From: a virus
Taxonomy: Duplodnaviria > Caudoviricetes
Length of the DNA: 31,418 nt
Virus record (IMG/VR): IMGVR_UViG_3300033076_000437
Location: 1-31,418 of that record
Reading direction: 5' to 3' (one strand)
The position numbers and the translations under genes were made by a program. Under the pieces are notes generated by a model. It saw nothing but the letters and a program-made list of their open reading frames with translations, was not told the DNA's origin and did not search any database. This document shows, piece by piece, positions 17,473-26,159 of the stretch (its first letter is position 1; every line of letters begins with the position of its first letter).

Positions 17473-17866
17473 AGTCTTCTACCTTCTTGTTAGGGTTGAA
17501 CTTTTCTGGGATCAATGCTGGATTGTTTTGACCACGTCGATTAAAGATGTCCTTATCAGGGGTTTGTCCATCAATCTCTCCGCGCAGGTACGCAACAACA
17601 AAAGAAAGATAATTAATAGCATCGATAGCTGAATCCTCGACTGACTCAAAGTTTACCTTTCCGCCGGCTTCCATAGTTTCCAGCACAGAGTACATACGCA
17701 AAAGTTTACCATTAACAGTATCAAGAATCGTGTATACGCCACGAGGGTAATGATCTGCTTGACGAACACGACTTAGAGGATTCTGATAATCCTGGCCTTT
17801 ACGTTCTTGAAGTTCAGCTGCTTCAAATAAAACATTTGCTGAATAACGTGAAAATTTCTTATCCAT
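17450..17866 (-). CDS. Nucleotide-modification-associated all-alpha protein (DUF1599/Nmad1-like)
   Basis: RKGQDY...KLLRM...ESVEDSAIDAINY pattern. Confidence 0.65.
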   Translation of the reverse strand: MDKKFSRYSANVLFEAAELQERKGQDYQNPLSRVRQADHYPRGVYTILDTVNGKLLRMYSVLETMEAGGKVNFESVEDSAIDAINYLSFVVAYLRGEIDGQTPDKDIFNRRGQNNPALIPEKFNPNKKVEDYAAQPRI

Positions 17867-18477
17867 TAATAGTTCCTTAGTAGTCTATGACACACTCCAT
17901 CATTAACAGCTTTACGCCAATCAAAGATGTAGCTTTCAAATTTGCTTGATTTGTCTATTGTAATATAACGAGATGTTGGTGTACATACCTTTTGCATTTC
18001 AATTAGAAACACTGGTTTGTATTCAAACTTCAATTCGCCAAGTTTATTGTAGCCGACTAGCAACAAGTCTTGGTTATACGGTGCAGAACGTAACAATGAC
18101 TCGAGTTGGCTAAAACTAATGTACCAACGCAAGTCAGGATACTTAAGATTCATGGTCTTTTGTTGACCATAACGACCTTCTTCTAGCAAGTATTTGTAAT
18201 CACGCATACGATCGACAAAGTTAAGTTCCATCGCATCTTCTACGATTTCACTAACTTGACCAAAGTACGGTAACGTTAAAAGCGCGATTTCAGATCCTAA
18301 TCCCATAGCAGTATGTTCCTGCACAGTTTCATAAGATCTTTTGCCGCGCTTTTTCTTTTCTTGCTTCCAGTTATTCTCAGTCATCATCTTCAAATCTTCT
18401 TGATGCTGAGTGTTAAAATCCACAGTGAATACTAATTCACTAAGGGCATTCATTACGTCGTCATTATATACATTCAT
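17866..18477 (-). CDS. Hypothetical protein, first gene of the modification operon; possible nuclease fold
   Basis: 203 aa; ATG 6 nt after TATAAT; G.GSE...D...QQK spacing. Confidence 0.6.
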   Translation of the reverse strand: MNVYNDDVMNALSELVFTVDFNTQHQEDLKMMTENNWKQEKKKRGKRSYETVQEHTAMGLGSEIALLTLPYFGQVSEIVEDAMELNFVDRMRDYKYLLEEGRYGQQKTMNLKYPDLRWYISFSQLESLLRSAPYNQDLLLVGYNKLGELKFEYKPVFLIEMQKVCTPTSRYITIDKSSKFESYIFDWRKAVNDGVCHRLLRNY

Positions 18478-18482
18478 AAGTA

Positions 18483-18512
18483 TATTATATCACAAGTAAT
18501 GCCCGTTGTACA
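18483..18512 (-). promoter_or_regulatory. Early promoter, identical to 31300-31329
   Basis: TGTACAACGGGCATTACTTGTGATATAATA. Confidence 0.85.
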
Positions 18513-19502
18513 CTAGTATTCTACAGTTTTATATGCATATTCCAATGCCCGCTCAGCCTCAGTTTGAAGTGGTCGCTTAGCATAGATATTTGCAGTATCC
18601 CTATCCAGCTGACGAATCATTTCTGCGATTTGTGATGATGTTATCGGGTAACGGCTTTTGATTGCGTTACATGCGATCGATGACATGATCTTATAGATCA
18701 TTGAGTAACGTCCAGAGCCATCATTATAAGCGATAGCTTTGTAGTCATTGATAAGTTTACGATTTACGAATGGACAGTTAGTATAATTAGTCCATTCAAA
18801 ATCATAGTTCGCTTTACCTTTAAGAAGTTCTTCACGATGATTAAGAACTTTCTTTTGTACTTCTGGTGGTAATCTATCCATGAACGATGCTACTGCAGAT
18901 TGAGTAACAACGAATGGATGTTTATCCATCAGATCATTAGGATTAATGAAACTACCAGCATTAGTAAAGATAAAGTTATAAGCGTTAGGGTACTGAGCAG
19001 GGACGTAATACATCCGAGATAAGTCTTTAGTCTGTTGGTCTCCGATTCCATCGAATTCCTTGTTGAGTGCGTACCAAAAGTGCTTGATGCTCGACTGCTT
19101 AACACTAGTTTTAAGTGGGAATACAAGTCTAAACTTAGGATGATCGCTCGTGCTACTAGAAGTAGAATAACAAACGTAGTAATAATTGCCGTACTTAGCA
19201 TGAAGTTCTTCCTTTAAATTTCCTTCGAACTTATGATCATCTACGTCAATGGCTGCCCAGCCTGCCCACTCAATTACATTATCATTCGCTCGAGTTTTAC
19301 CTTCCTCATAAACCGCAGGAGTTATCAGTGGTGAAGCCTTAAGACCTTTTGGCGCTTTACGCTCACCCTTCTTTAATTTATATCCGGGAATTGTGGCCAT
19401 CTTATAAAGCATGGCCTCAAAGTCTTCCCAAGTATCATGATGTATTTGTCTATGAGTCTTATTATCAAAAATAGACGCAAAGGCTGTCAAAGAATATTTC
19501 AT
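18513..19502 (-). CDS. Archaeo-eukaryotic primase (AEP)-superfamily primase
   Basis: AIDVDD (DxD), YSTSSS..HPKFRLVFPL, D..TKD.SRMYYVP, helical C-terminal domain. Confidence 0.75.
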   Translation of the reverse strand: MKYSLTAFASIFDNKTHRQIHHDTWEDFEAMLYKMATIPGYKLKKGERKAPKGLKASPLITPAVYEEGKTRANDNVIEWAGWAAIDVDDHKFEGNLKEELHAKYGNYYYVCYSTSSSTSDHPKFRLVFPLKTSVKQSSIKHFWYALNKEFDGIGDQQTKDLSRMYYVPAQYPNAYNFIFTNAGSFINPNDLMDKHPFVVTQSAVASFMDRLPPEVQKKVLNHREELLKGKANYDFEWTNYTNCPFVNRKLINDYKAIAYNDGSGRYSMIYKIMSSIACNAIKSRYPITSSQIAEMIRQLDRDTANIYAKRPLQTEAERALEYAYKTVEY

Positions 19503-19837
19503 TATTTAATTTTTATACGCTGTACTGCTTCCCAGACGTATCCTTCATCTAATCGCATTTCAAGTTGAACGGTATCAATCTTCCCAGTATGTTTGTCATG
19601 GTATTCAGCTACACGGATATTATCTTTAATGTAGTTGAATATCAACTCACGCTCTGTTGCAGATATAGTTGGTCTAGCGCTTGAGATAGTAGACGCACCA
19701 ATAGGTCCATTAGCAGTGATAGTACTGTACGTTGAAGGTGCAATTGCCATAGCTGGTGAAGTAGTCCAAAATTTTCCATCCCAAACCTCCGACATGAAGG
19801 TGTTGGGATTTACTCTCAAGTCGCCGATATTAGGCAT
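19502..19837 (-). CDS. Hypothetical protein
   Basis: 111 aa, overlaps both neighbours by a few nt. Confidence 0.65.
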   Translation of the reverse strand: MPNIGDLRVNPNTFMSEVWDGKFWTTSPAMAIAPSTYSTITANGPIGASTISSARPTISATERELIFNYIKDNIRVAEYHDKHTGKIDTVQLEMRLDEGYVWEAVQRIKIK

Positions 19838-20231
19838 AGATCTTATCGATTAATCCACAATTGTCAACGTGAGTTGGTGGAGTCCATCCTTCTGGCTTGA
19901 TCAGATCTGGAAGACCAAGTGGATTTGGACGAGATTCTTTAATGCCAACTTCTTTTTCCATGTTCTTATAGTGAACACGATCCCAAGCTGTGTAAGCATT
20001 AACATCAAAGGCGTCCAACGTTCCAATTGCAACCACACAAAGATCAATCAATGCATCAACTACATCGTCTGCAGTCTTAGCAGATTTCAATTCATCCAAT
20101 TCTTCTTGAAGGAAGTTTGCACGGAATTCAAGAAACTTTGCAAGCTTTTCTTTATCGAAGCCATTAACTACTTCACGCACACCAAACTTGTGGTGCATTT
20201 CATTAATATCTTTTACCCAATTTTGTGACAT
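19830..20231 (-). CDS. MazG-like/PRA-PH family NTP pyrophosphohydrolase
   Basis: LQEELDEL...VVDALIDL acidic motif, NMEK, DLIKPEGW; AGGAG SD. Confidence 0.8.
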   Translation of the reverse strand: MSQNWVKDINEMHHKFGVREVVNGFDKEKLAKFLEFRANFLQEELDELKSAKTADDVVDALIDLCVVAIGTLDAFDVNAYTAWDRVHYKNMEKEVGIKESRPNPLGLPDLIKPEGWTPPTHVDNCGLIDKIYA

Positions 20232-20250
20232 TCAATTTCTCCTAAAATTA

Positions 20251-20280
20251 TATTATATCATAAGCATTATTGTTTGTACA
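20251..20280 (-). promoter_or_regulatory. Early promoter overlapping the 3' end of upstream CDS
   Basis: TGTACA-N17-TATAAT with TG extension. Confidence 0.75.
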
Positions 20281-20723
20281 ATTGTTGCTATCACTGCTAT
20301 GATAATAGTCCATCTAATAATAAACCACATGAATCTAAATGGCGCACATATCATCCAACCGATCCATTCACCAAATGTAAACTGCTTAAACTTCTTTCGC
20401 TTCCAGAAAACAAGATACGGAGGTCCTACAAATTCTGGCTTTTCTATTTTTTCTTCTGTGTGTTTTTCTTTGCTAACTGATCGAGTAGAAGAATTTCCAA
20501 ACAAAGACCAACTAGACTTTTTCTTTCGTGTCTTTTTATTCCAATTGGTTGTTTTGCGTTCAAACCAACCGTTACCATAATTAAATGTTTGTGTAGTTCT
20601 GTTGTGTCCTTGGTTAGACTGAGAATACGTTATATTTCCAGAACGACGACTAGTAGTTTGTCTACCAGTCTTCGTATTAATTGTAACGGTTGTGTTTCCG
20701 ACTTTACGTCTTTTGACTACCAT
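20253..20723 (-). CDS. Basic protein with C-terminal membrane segment
   Basis: Thr/Arg/Lys-rich N-terminus; hydrophobic WFIIRWTIIIAVIATIV. Confidence 0.65.
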   Translation of the reverse strand: MVVKRRKVGNTTVTINTKTGRQTTSRRSGNITYSQSNQGHNRTTQTFNYGNGWFERKTTNWNKKTRKKKSSWSLFGNSSTRSVSKEKHTEEKIEKPEFVGPPYLVFWKRKKFKQFTFGEWIGWMICAPFRFMWFIIRWTIIIAVIATIVQTIMLMI

Positions 20724-20931
20724 AAGGAACTATCTTCGCTTCAATCATAATACCAAAGTGTGGATCAAATGATACGTCGGTTGCTTGCCAAATACCATAC
20801 TCAGGTGCTTTAATGAAAAGCTTAATCCCCGACGTATCCTTATTGATGGTTGTTGCATCGTTCTGAGCCATAGCATTCTTTTTCCATAAGTCTATAGCTT
20901 CATTCAATAACGTATATGCATCTTTCGTCAT
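20704..20931 (-). CDS. Hypothetical protein
   Basis: ATG 20931 overlaps the gp43 TGA (ATGA). Confidence 0.65.
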   Translation of the reverse strand: MTKDAYTLLNEAIDLWKKNAMAQNDATTINKDTSGIKLFIKAPEYGIWQATDVSFDPHFGIMIEAKIVPYGSQKT

Positions 20932-23450
20932 GCAAAAAAATCCTCCAATGTTGCGACTGGTTCTGCCTTCCATCCAATAGCTTCAATAATACCACGAGCT
21001 GGTTCAAGGAATGCTTTATCAAACTGTGTATCATTATCGATATATTGATGTAGCTTGAACTCAGGAGGCAATACATCAATGAATGCAATTACATTTTCCT
21101 TGATAGGATTGTTAGGATACAGGTGAATGTACTTAATCTTTTCGCCATCTTTAATAGGTGAATATGTTTTCAGTCCATTCTTCTTAAGCATCATGTTATA
21201 AAGAATCGCTGCTCGAGAATTAATTGGTGTACCCTTCTTATAGATCGTATCACGGTCCATGTAGTCTTTTACCGACGATACCGAACGTGGAAACGCTTTT
21301 GCTTCTGGCGGAAGCGCTTCGAATTTAGTTCGATAATCTCTAATAAACGCCTGAGTCTGAGCTTCCGTACCGCTGATGAGAACCTTAAACAATTCTTCAA
21401 AAGCCTCGCGACACGTGCCCGGTGTAGATGATTTGATTGCTTCAATCCCCATGATCTTGAGCTTTGGTTTATGATAGCGAACTCCTTCATTATCAAGCAC
21501 ATTAAGGATGTATCGTTTCTTGGCAACCCAGATTGCACGATCAGCGATTGCTTCTCGTTTCATGGTGATACGTTTCTTATGTACGTTTAGTGATGTAGCC
21601 AACTCATCGAATGATTTTGATAGTACACTTTCAAGTGCTTCACTACAAAGCTTATCTAAGAAGTTAGCTATTTTTTCTTTGTCTGTAAGTCCCGTTGCTT
21701 TAACGACCTGCTCAAGCGCAACATAAACAGAGTCAGTATCAATAGCAATAACATAGTCTTTGTATTCCTTATTCTTTAATGCCTTGTTCAAGTAATCATT
21801 CACATGCTTTTCAGCCCAGCGAATAATCATTTGACCCGATAAGGTGATACCTTCAGCGATTTCCATCGTAAAGTAACGGAAGTACTTATTGCCCAATGCA
21901 CCATAAAGCGAGTTTAAAAGAATCTTAACTGCTGTTTGTTGGTTTTCATATCGAGCGATATCACGTTCAATACGATAAACTTCTTGCTTATTAGACTTAT
22001 CAGCGGCTTCCAATTCTTTCTTGGAAGAGATCATCATCTTCTTAATAGCAACACGTTCATCGTACATTTCTTCAATGATCTTAGGCATGAAGCCTTGCTT
22101 CTCATTGGAGAACATTTGACCAGATCCGCAAACACCAGCATTCTCATTGATAGTTGGTTTATAACCTTCAAGAATAGAATCTGGATTTACACGTTGATCT
22201 GCACGACCTTTCATAATCGTCTCAGGACTCATGTTCCATTGGACAATGATGTTAGGATAAAGTGAGTTAACGTCAAAAGATGCAACCCAATCATGCACAC
22301 CACACTGAGGTTCTTTTACATAGCCACCAGCGTAATCCGACTTAAACGAATCTTTGTTAGGTGGTACAATAATGTTTTGCTTTAAAAGGTAGCGATAGAT
22401 CAGTGTATCCCAAATGCCGGTAGTGCCAAATGTATCATTATAGTTAACACCGGCTTTATACGCAATCGTAAAACATAGTTCCATCAGTCCAGTCTTATCA
22501 TCGATTCTATCAACAAGATCTACGTCTCGAATGTTATAGTCAATGAATTTCTGGTGATCAGTTGTGTATAGAGTGTGAAGGTTACCATCATATTCCAACT
22601 TGCGTTCACCAAGCACAACGAAGGCGATATGATCAAGACGATAAGATTCTTGAGCACCGTATGAATAACCGAACTTCTTGAAAAGATCAAGATAGTCGAT
22701 CTGAGAAACACCCATGATGTCATACATCTGAACTTGTTTCTTCATCATTGTAACTTGCTTTTCTTCAACCTTACCCCAAGGTGAAAGCATTAAGTGCTTT
22801 TCATCATCAAAGATTCGACGACAACGGTTAATGATGTAGGGAATATCGAATGTACGCATATTCCAACCGGTGATAACATCCGGCATATGCGTTGGTGTAT
22901 TCCAATGAGCTAGGAATCGTAGCAGTAATTCATTTTCAGTCGCACACTGTGTATAGACAACACGATTATTTTGCATAATCGATTTGCTTACATCATAAGG
23001 ACCAAGACCCCACACGTAGAATGTGTTGTCAATGTTTGACTTTAGTGCGATTGAGATGATTGGAAACTTGGCTTCTTCTGGCTCAGGGAAACCTTCATCT
23101 GATTGTACCTCAATATCGATGTTGGTTACATTGATGAGGTTAGGATCAAATTGAATTTCACTGTTAGGCCAGTGTTCACCTACGTATTGTGCTACGTAAT
23201 TAGTGTTTCCATAGATTTCGAAATTAGCAACATCCTTATATCTCTCCATGAACTCTTTTGCTTCACGCATAGTTTCAAGTTTGATTGGCTCGACGTACTT
23301 GCCATCAAGAGATTTGAAGGATGTTGGTTTTTCTACTGGGACGTATAGCGTAGGTGAGAACGGTACTTTGACCGACATGCGTTTGCCGTTCTTGTACCCA
23401 CGATATAGGATGTTGTTGCCGTATCTGGCGAGGCTTGTATAGAATTCCAT
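20928..23450 (-). CDS. 43: Family B DNA polymerase, T4 gp43
   Basis: DIEV (ExoI), TGWN..FD (ExoII), DVNSLYP, KILLNSLYG, DTDS; uninterrupted 840 aa. Confidence 0.97.
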   Translation of the reverse strand: MEFYTSLARYGNNILYRGYKNGKRMSVKVPFSPTLYVPVEKPTSFKSLDGKYVEPIKLETMREAKEFMERYKDVANFEIYGNTNYVAQYVGEHWPNSEIQFDPNLINVTNIDIEVQSDEGFPEPEEAKFPIISIALKSNIDNTFYVWGLGPYDVSKSIMQNNRVVYTQCATENELLLRFLAHWNTPTHMPDVITGWNMRTFDIPYIINRCRRIFDDEKHLMLSPWGKVEEKQVTMMKKQVQMYDIMGVSQIDYLDLFKKFGYSYGAQESYRLDHIAFVVLGERKLEYDGNLHTLYTTDHQKFIDYNIRDVDLVDRIDDKTGLMELCFTIAYKAGVNYNDTFGTTGIWDTLIYRYLLKQNIIVPPNKDSFKSDYAGGYVKEPQCGVHDWVASFDVNSLYPNIIVQWNMSPETIMKGRADQRVNPDSILEGYKPTINENAGVCGSGQMFSNEKQGFMPKIIEEMYDERVAIKKMMISSKKELEAADKSNKQEVYRIERDIARYENQQTAVKILLNSLYGALGNKYFRYFTMEIAEGITLSGQMIIRWAEKHVNDYLNKALKNKEYKDYVIAIDTDSVYVALEQVVKATGLTDKEKIANFLDKLCSEALESVLSKSFDELATSLNVHKKRITMKREAIADRAIWVAKKRYILNVLDNEGVRYHKPKLKIMGIEAIKSSTPGTCREAFEELFKVLISGTEAQTQAFIRDYRTKFEALPPEAKAFPRSVSSVKDYMDRDTIYKKGTPINSRAAILYNMMLKKNGLKTYSPIKDGEKIKYIHLYPNNPIKENVIAFIDVLPPEFKLHQYIDNDTQFDKAFLEPARGIIEAIGWKAEPVATLEDFFA

Positions 23451-23456
23451 ATCTAA

Positions 23457-23486
23457 TATTATATCACAAATATGACCCGTTGTAAA
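23457..23486 (-). promoter_or_regulatory. Early promoter of gene 43
   Basis: TTTACA-N17-TATAAT with TG extension; 7 nt to ATG. Confidence 0.85.
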
Positions 23487-23489
23487 CGG

Positions 23490-23783
23490 TTATCGTGGCA
23501 TAGTATTAGCGATTTGAATTCCCGCACCAAATAGTTGGCTATAATTGTTTCGCAGATCTACTGAAGCTTCATATTCCAGCATGATCTTATCTTGATGTAA
23601 AGTTACTTTATTAAACTCAGCGTATGGAATATATGGCATTAATGCTACGCCATAACTCTTACCACTTTGATCTGGCACTAAATGAATAGATGCTGGATTC
23701 TTAATTTGTAAAGTAGACCCATCGTCTTGTTGCACTTCGCCAACAATGTCTTGGCCGTTAATCAATTGAAAACACTTAATCAT
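23490..23783 (-). CDS. Conserved small protein, probable Sm-like fold
   Basis: IKCFQLINGQDIVGEV...IKNP...LMPYIPY pattern common in T4-like phages. Confidence 0.65.
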   Translation of the reverse strand: MIKCFQLINGQDIVGEVQQDDGSTLQIKNPASIHLVPDQSGKSYGVALMPYIPYAEFNKVTLHQDKIMLEYEASVDLRNNYSQLFGAGIQIANTMPR

Positions 23784-23973
23784 GTAAACCACCTTTTTCT
23801 AAAACGTACTCTACAAATAAATTTGCTTCGTACTCATCTTTCAAATAATGCATGGCAAAGGATGCAGTTTGAAAATTAAACATCATAACTAGGATGTGTT
23901 CTTTATAAACACTCGCTTGGATTATCCAAGATCCTTTATGAACTGGACCTAGTGATACTATTCCTTTTGCCAT
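23776..23973 (-). CDS. Hypothetical protein
   Basis: 65 aa, fills the gap in the operon. Confidence 0.6.
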   Translation of the reverse strand: MAKGIVSLGPVHKGSWIIQASVYKEHILVMMFNFQTASFAMHYLKDEYEANLFVEYVLEKGGLHD

Positions 23974-24526
23974 TTCTAAATGTTTCTATAAACGAATTAT
24001 ATGCGTTAACCTGCGTTTTAACAATCATATCGTATAGAGCGATTCTATCAAGATATACGTCTTGATAATATGTGGCTGCTGTTGGTGGATCTACTTTAAT
24101 CTTTGCATCGGCTTCACCATCACAACTTACAACCGTCATATCGTTCTTCTTAGCGATATGTTTCATTACTTGATTTTCTGTCAAGCAGTGCATATAAACA
24201 TCTACGATATTATGTGCACGCAGATAAATGATTGCTCTATCAAATAATTGCTGAGCTAAACCTAGACCTCTAAAACTTGGATCTACTGAACAGCCCAATT
24301 CACCTTCATTATTATATATTGCAACATGGCAAGCTGCAACAATCTCATGCTCACCACAAACAAACCATGCTGATTCTTCGTCTAACATAGACTTAGTTAC
24401 ATAGTTTCCAATAGCCTCATCACTAATACTTACACCAAAACGTAGACGACGATCATCGCCTTCAAGTTTGCATAGGTGTTCTATTAGCTTATCAGCTTCG
24501 TGTCTTAATAATTTTCTTGCTAGCAT
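23936..24526 (-). CDS. GNAT family acetyltransferase
   Basis: DRRLRFG, ELGCSVDPSFRGLGLAQQL (acetyl-CoA motif A), CLTENQVM. Confidence 0.85.
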   Translation of the reverse strand: MLARKLLRHEADKLIEHLCKLEGDDRRLRFGVSISDEAIGNYVTKSMLDEESAWFVCGEHEIVAACHVAIYNNEGELGCSVDPSFRGLGLAQQLFDRAIIYLRAHNIVDVYMHCLTENQVMKHIAKKNDMTVVSCDGEADAKIKVDPPTAATYYQDVYLDRIALYDMIVKTQVNAYNSFIETFRNGKRNSITRSSS

Positions 24527-24535
24527 AAACTACAA

Positions 24536-24555
24536 AGGGCGAGTCACCCCGCCCT
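24536..24555 (-). terminator. Hairpin terminator after hsp20
   Basis: AGGGCGGG-GTGA-CTCGCCCT followed by TTGTAGTTT. Confidence 0.7.
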
Positions 24556-24572
24556 CCTCCAAAATTGCTGGA

Positions 24573-25076
24573 TTACTTATCTTCTGCTAAGAATTCCTTC
24601 TTAGACTTCTTTTCGCCTTTAACTTCGATCTTGCGAATTGGCTGAGCATCAACCAACTTATCAAGAGCGATCTTAAGCATACCATTAACGATCTCTGCAG
24701 ATTGAACTTCAATCTTTTCAGCTAACGCAAATGTACGTGTGAAAGCGCGGTTAGCAATTCCTTTGAATAGGAATTCGCCTAGCTCATTGTCTTCTGTTGT
24801 TTTACCAGTGACAGTAAGCTTATTGCCTTCTAAAGTAATCTCAATATCTGATTGAGAGAATCCAGCAACAGCCACTTCAATAGTGTACTTGTTTTCTGCA
24901 TCCTTCTTGATATTGAATGGAGGATATGATGGAATGTTCTTTGTTAGGTCTTGGGCTGTCTTAGCTAATCGATCGAATTGCTCGTCGAAACCTACGAAGA
25001 ATTTATCGAAGTCTTTTGAAGATACATTCAAAACTTCGAATGGCTTTTGGAAAAAGTCTTTAACTAATGTGTTCAT
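24573..25076 (-). CDS. hsp20: Small heat shock protein (Hsp20/IbpA-like)
   Basis: YPPFNI, IEVAVAGF, KGIANRAFTRTF, NGMLKI. Confidence 0.95.
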   Translation of the reverse strand: MNTLVKDFFQKPFEVLNVSSKDFDKFFVGFDEQFDRLAKTAQDLTKNIPSYPPFNIKKDAENKYTIEVAVAGFSQSDIEITLEGNKLTVTGKTTEDNELGEFLFKGIANRAFTRTFALAEKIEVQSAEIVNGMLKIALDKLVDAQPIRKIEVKGEKKSKKEFLAEDK

Positions 25077-25116
25077 GTTTTTGCTCCTATTAAGCGAGTA
25101 AAGTTAATAAATTGTT

Positions 25117-25193
25117 CTATACCCATAAGGCGTATAGTGAGGTGTTTCTGGACTGGCACACTCTCAAAGCCAGTTCCCATCCCGAGTGGGGAT
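25117..25193 (-). ncRNA. Candidate structured cis-regulatory RNA in the regA-hsp20 spacer
   Basis: Three hairpins (25179-25193, 25150-25177, 25117-25137); loops of the first two are complementary (CACTC/GAGTG). Confidence 0.5.
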
Positions 25194-25619
25194 TTAGAAA
25201 TCTTTGCGCGTATTACCGATGTTATACTTAGGACATAGTTCCCATTCATGGCGTTCTTTATGAGAGATCACTTTGATCTGACGTAAAGGTGCTCTGTCCT
25301 TAGCTTGCTCAGTACTATTTATCGTAACAAGACCCCAGTCTGCAAGCAGCACTGCAATCGTATTACGACGTTGAATATCGTTCTCTGTAATAGTTGAAGG
25401 TTTACCGTCCAACACAAACAGTTCTTTAAAATGCACTATGAAATATCTACCTTGCTTATGTAAGATATGGCAAGATTGATATAGCTTCCTATCTTTACGA
25501 GACGCAACACCGATACGTGTAAGCGTTTCTCTTACTTTTAAGAAGTCATCTGGCTCGTTTAGTGTCACTTCCAGCATGCTTGCTGGCGTCCACTCGACGC
25601 TCTTTTCGTTATTTTCCAC
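25194..25619 (-). CDS. regA: Translational repressor RegA
   Basis: DDFLKVRETLTRIG, LYQSCHILHKQG.Y.IVHFKE. Confidence 0.97.
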   Translation of the reverse strand: MENNEKSVEWTPASMLEVTLNEPDDFLKVRETLTRIGVASRKDRKLYQSCHILHKQGRYFIVHFKELFVLDGKPSTITENDIQRRNTIAVLLADWGLVTINSTEQAKDRAPLRQIKVISHKERHEWELCPKYNIGNTRKDF

Positions 25620-25986
25620 CTTTGAAAATCCTTTGTCTCAATTGTCCCATTTGTTCGTCATTGAGTAAGGATAGAGCTTGTCGAGCTTTCTCGTTGCTAT
25701 AGCCATAATACTCTTTGACGACTTCCAAATCATCGGAAGAAGTTGGTTTGATCCATTTGGCAAACCTACGCTTCTTCCTAACTGTATTTATAAGAAAATC
25801 AAATTGAAGCTTCTTGTCAAGGAAAGCCCTTTGATTCATCTCATTAGCCAGTAGGACTGTATCATAATGATACGACAAAGTACGATTAATCATAAATGCA
25901 TTGTATGCCTTTTCAGAAGCATCATCCACAATTAGGTTCTGCTTTGTATCGCAGATTGCATTTACATAGTCGAAGGGATTAGCCAT
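25609..25986 (-). CDS. 62: Clamp loader small subunit gp62
   Basis: YNAFMINRTLS, ANEMN, RKKRRFAKW, VKEYYGYS.EKA; upstream of regA. Confidence 0.9.
   Translation of the reverse strand: MANPFDYVNAICDTKQNLIVDDASEKAYNAFMINRTLSYHYDTVLLANEMNQRAFLDKKLQFDFLINTVRKKRRFAKWIKPTSSDDLEVVKEYYGYSNEKARQALSLLNDEQMGQLRQRIFKGGK
25785..25792 (-). promoter_or_regulatory. T4-type late promoter inside gene 62, upstream of regA-hsp20
   Basis: Exact TATAAATA on minus strand. Confidence 0.55.
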
Positions 25987-26158
25987 TAGTTAACTCCTTC
26001 ATCAACATCTCAACGCGAGGAACTGGCCTGAAACTATCATGCCTAATGATATTCATATATTCATCGCGATAAGTTTTCTTCATTTGGAGTTCTACTTTCC
26101 AGATCTTTTTTGTATCTGGATCCTTATACTCCATCACTTGAAATTCATAATGTATCAT
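25979..26158 (-). CDS. Small hypothetical protein
   Basis: ATG 26158 just after the upstream stop. Confidence 0.6.
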   Translation of the reverse strand: MIHYEFQVMEYKDPDTKKIWKVELQMKKTYRDEYMNIIRHDSFRPVPRVEMLMKELTNG

Positions 26159-26159
26159 A

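Noticed and set aside
4415-22723. Short out-of-frame minus-strand ORFs inside core genes (4415..4726, 5940..6221, 11026..11346, 21269..21538 and others)
   Set aside because: Nested in conserved genes, with no convincing SD or protein-like features, unlike 1811..2122
20928-23450. Intron, intein or split in the DNA polymerase gene
   Set aside because: Continuous 840-aa ORF with motifs at normal spacing
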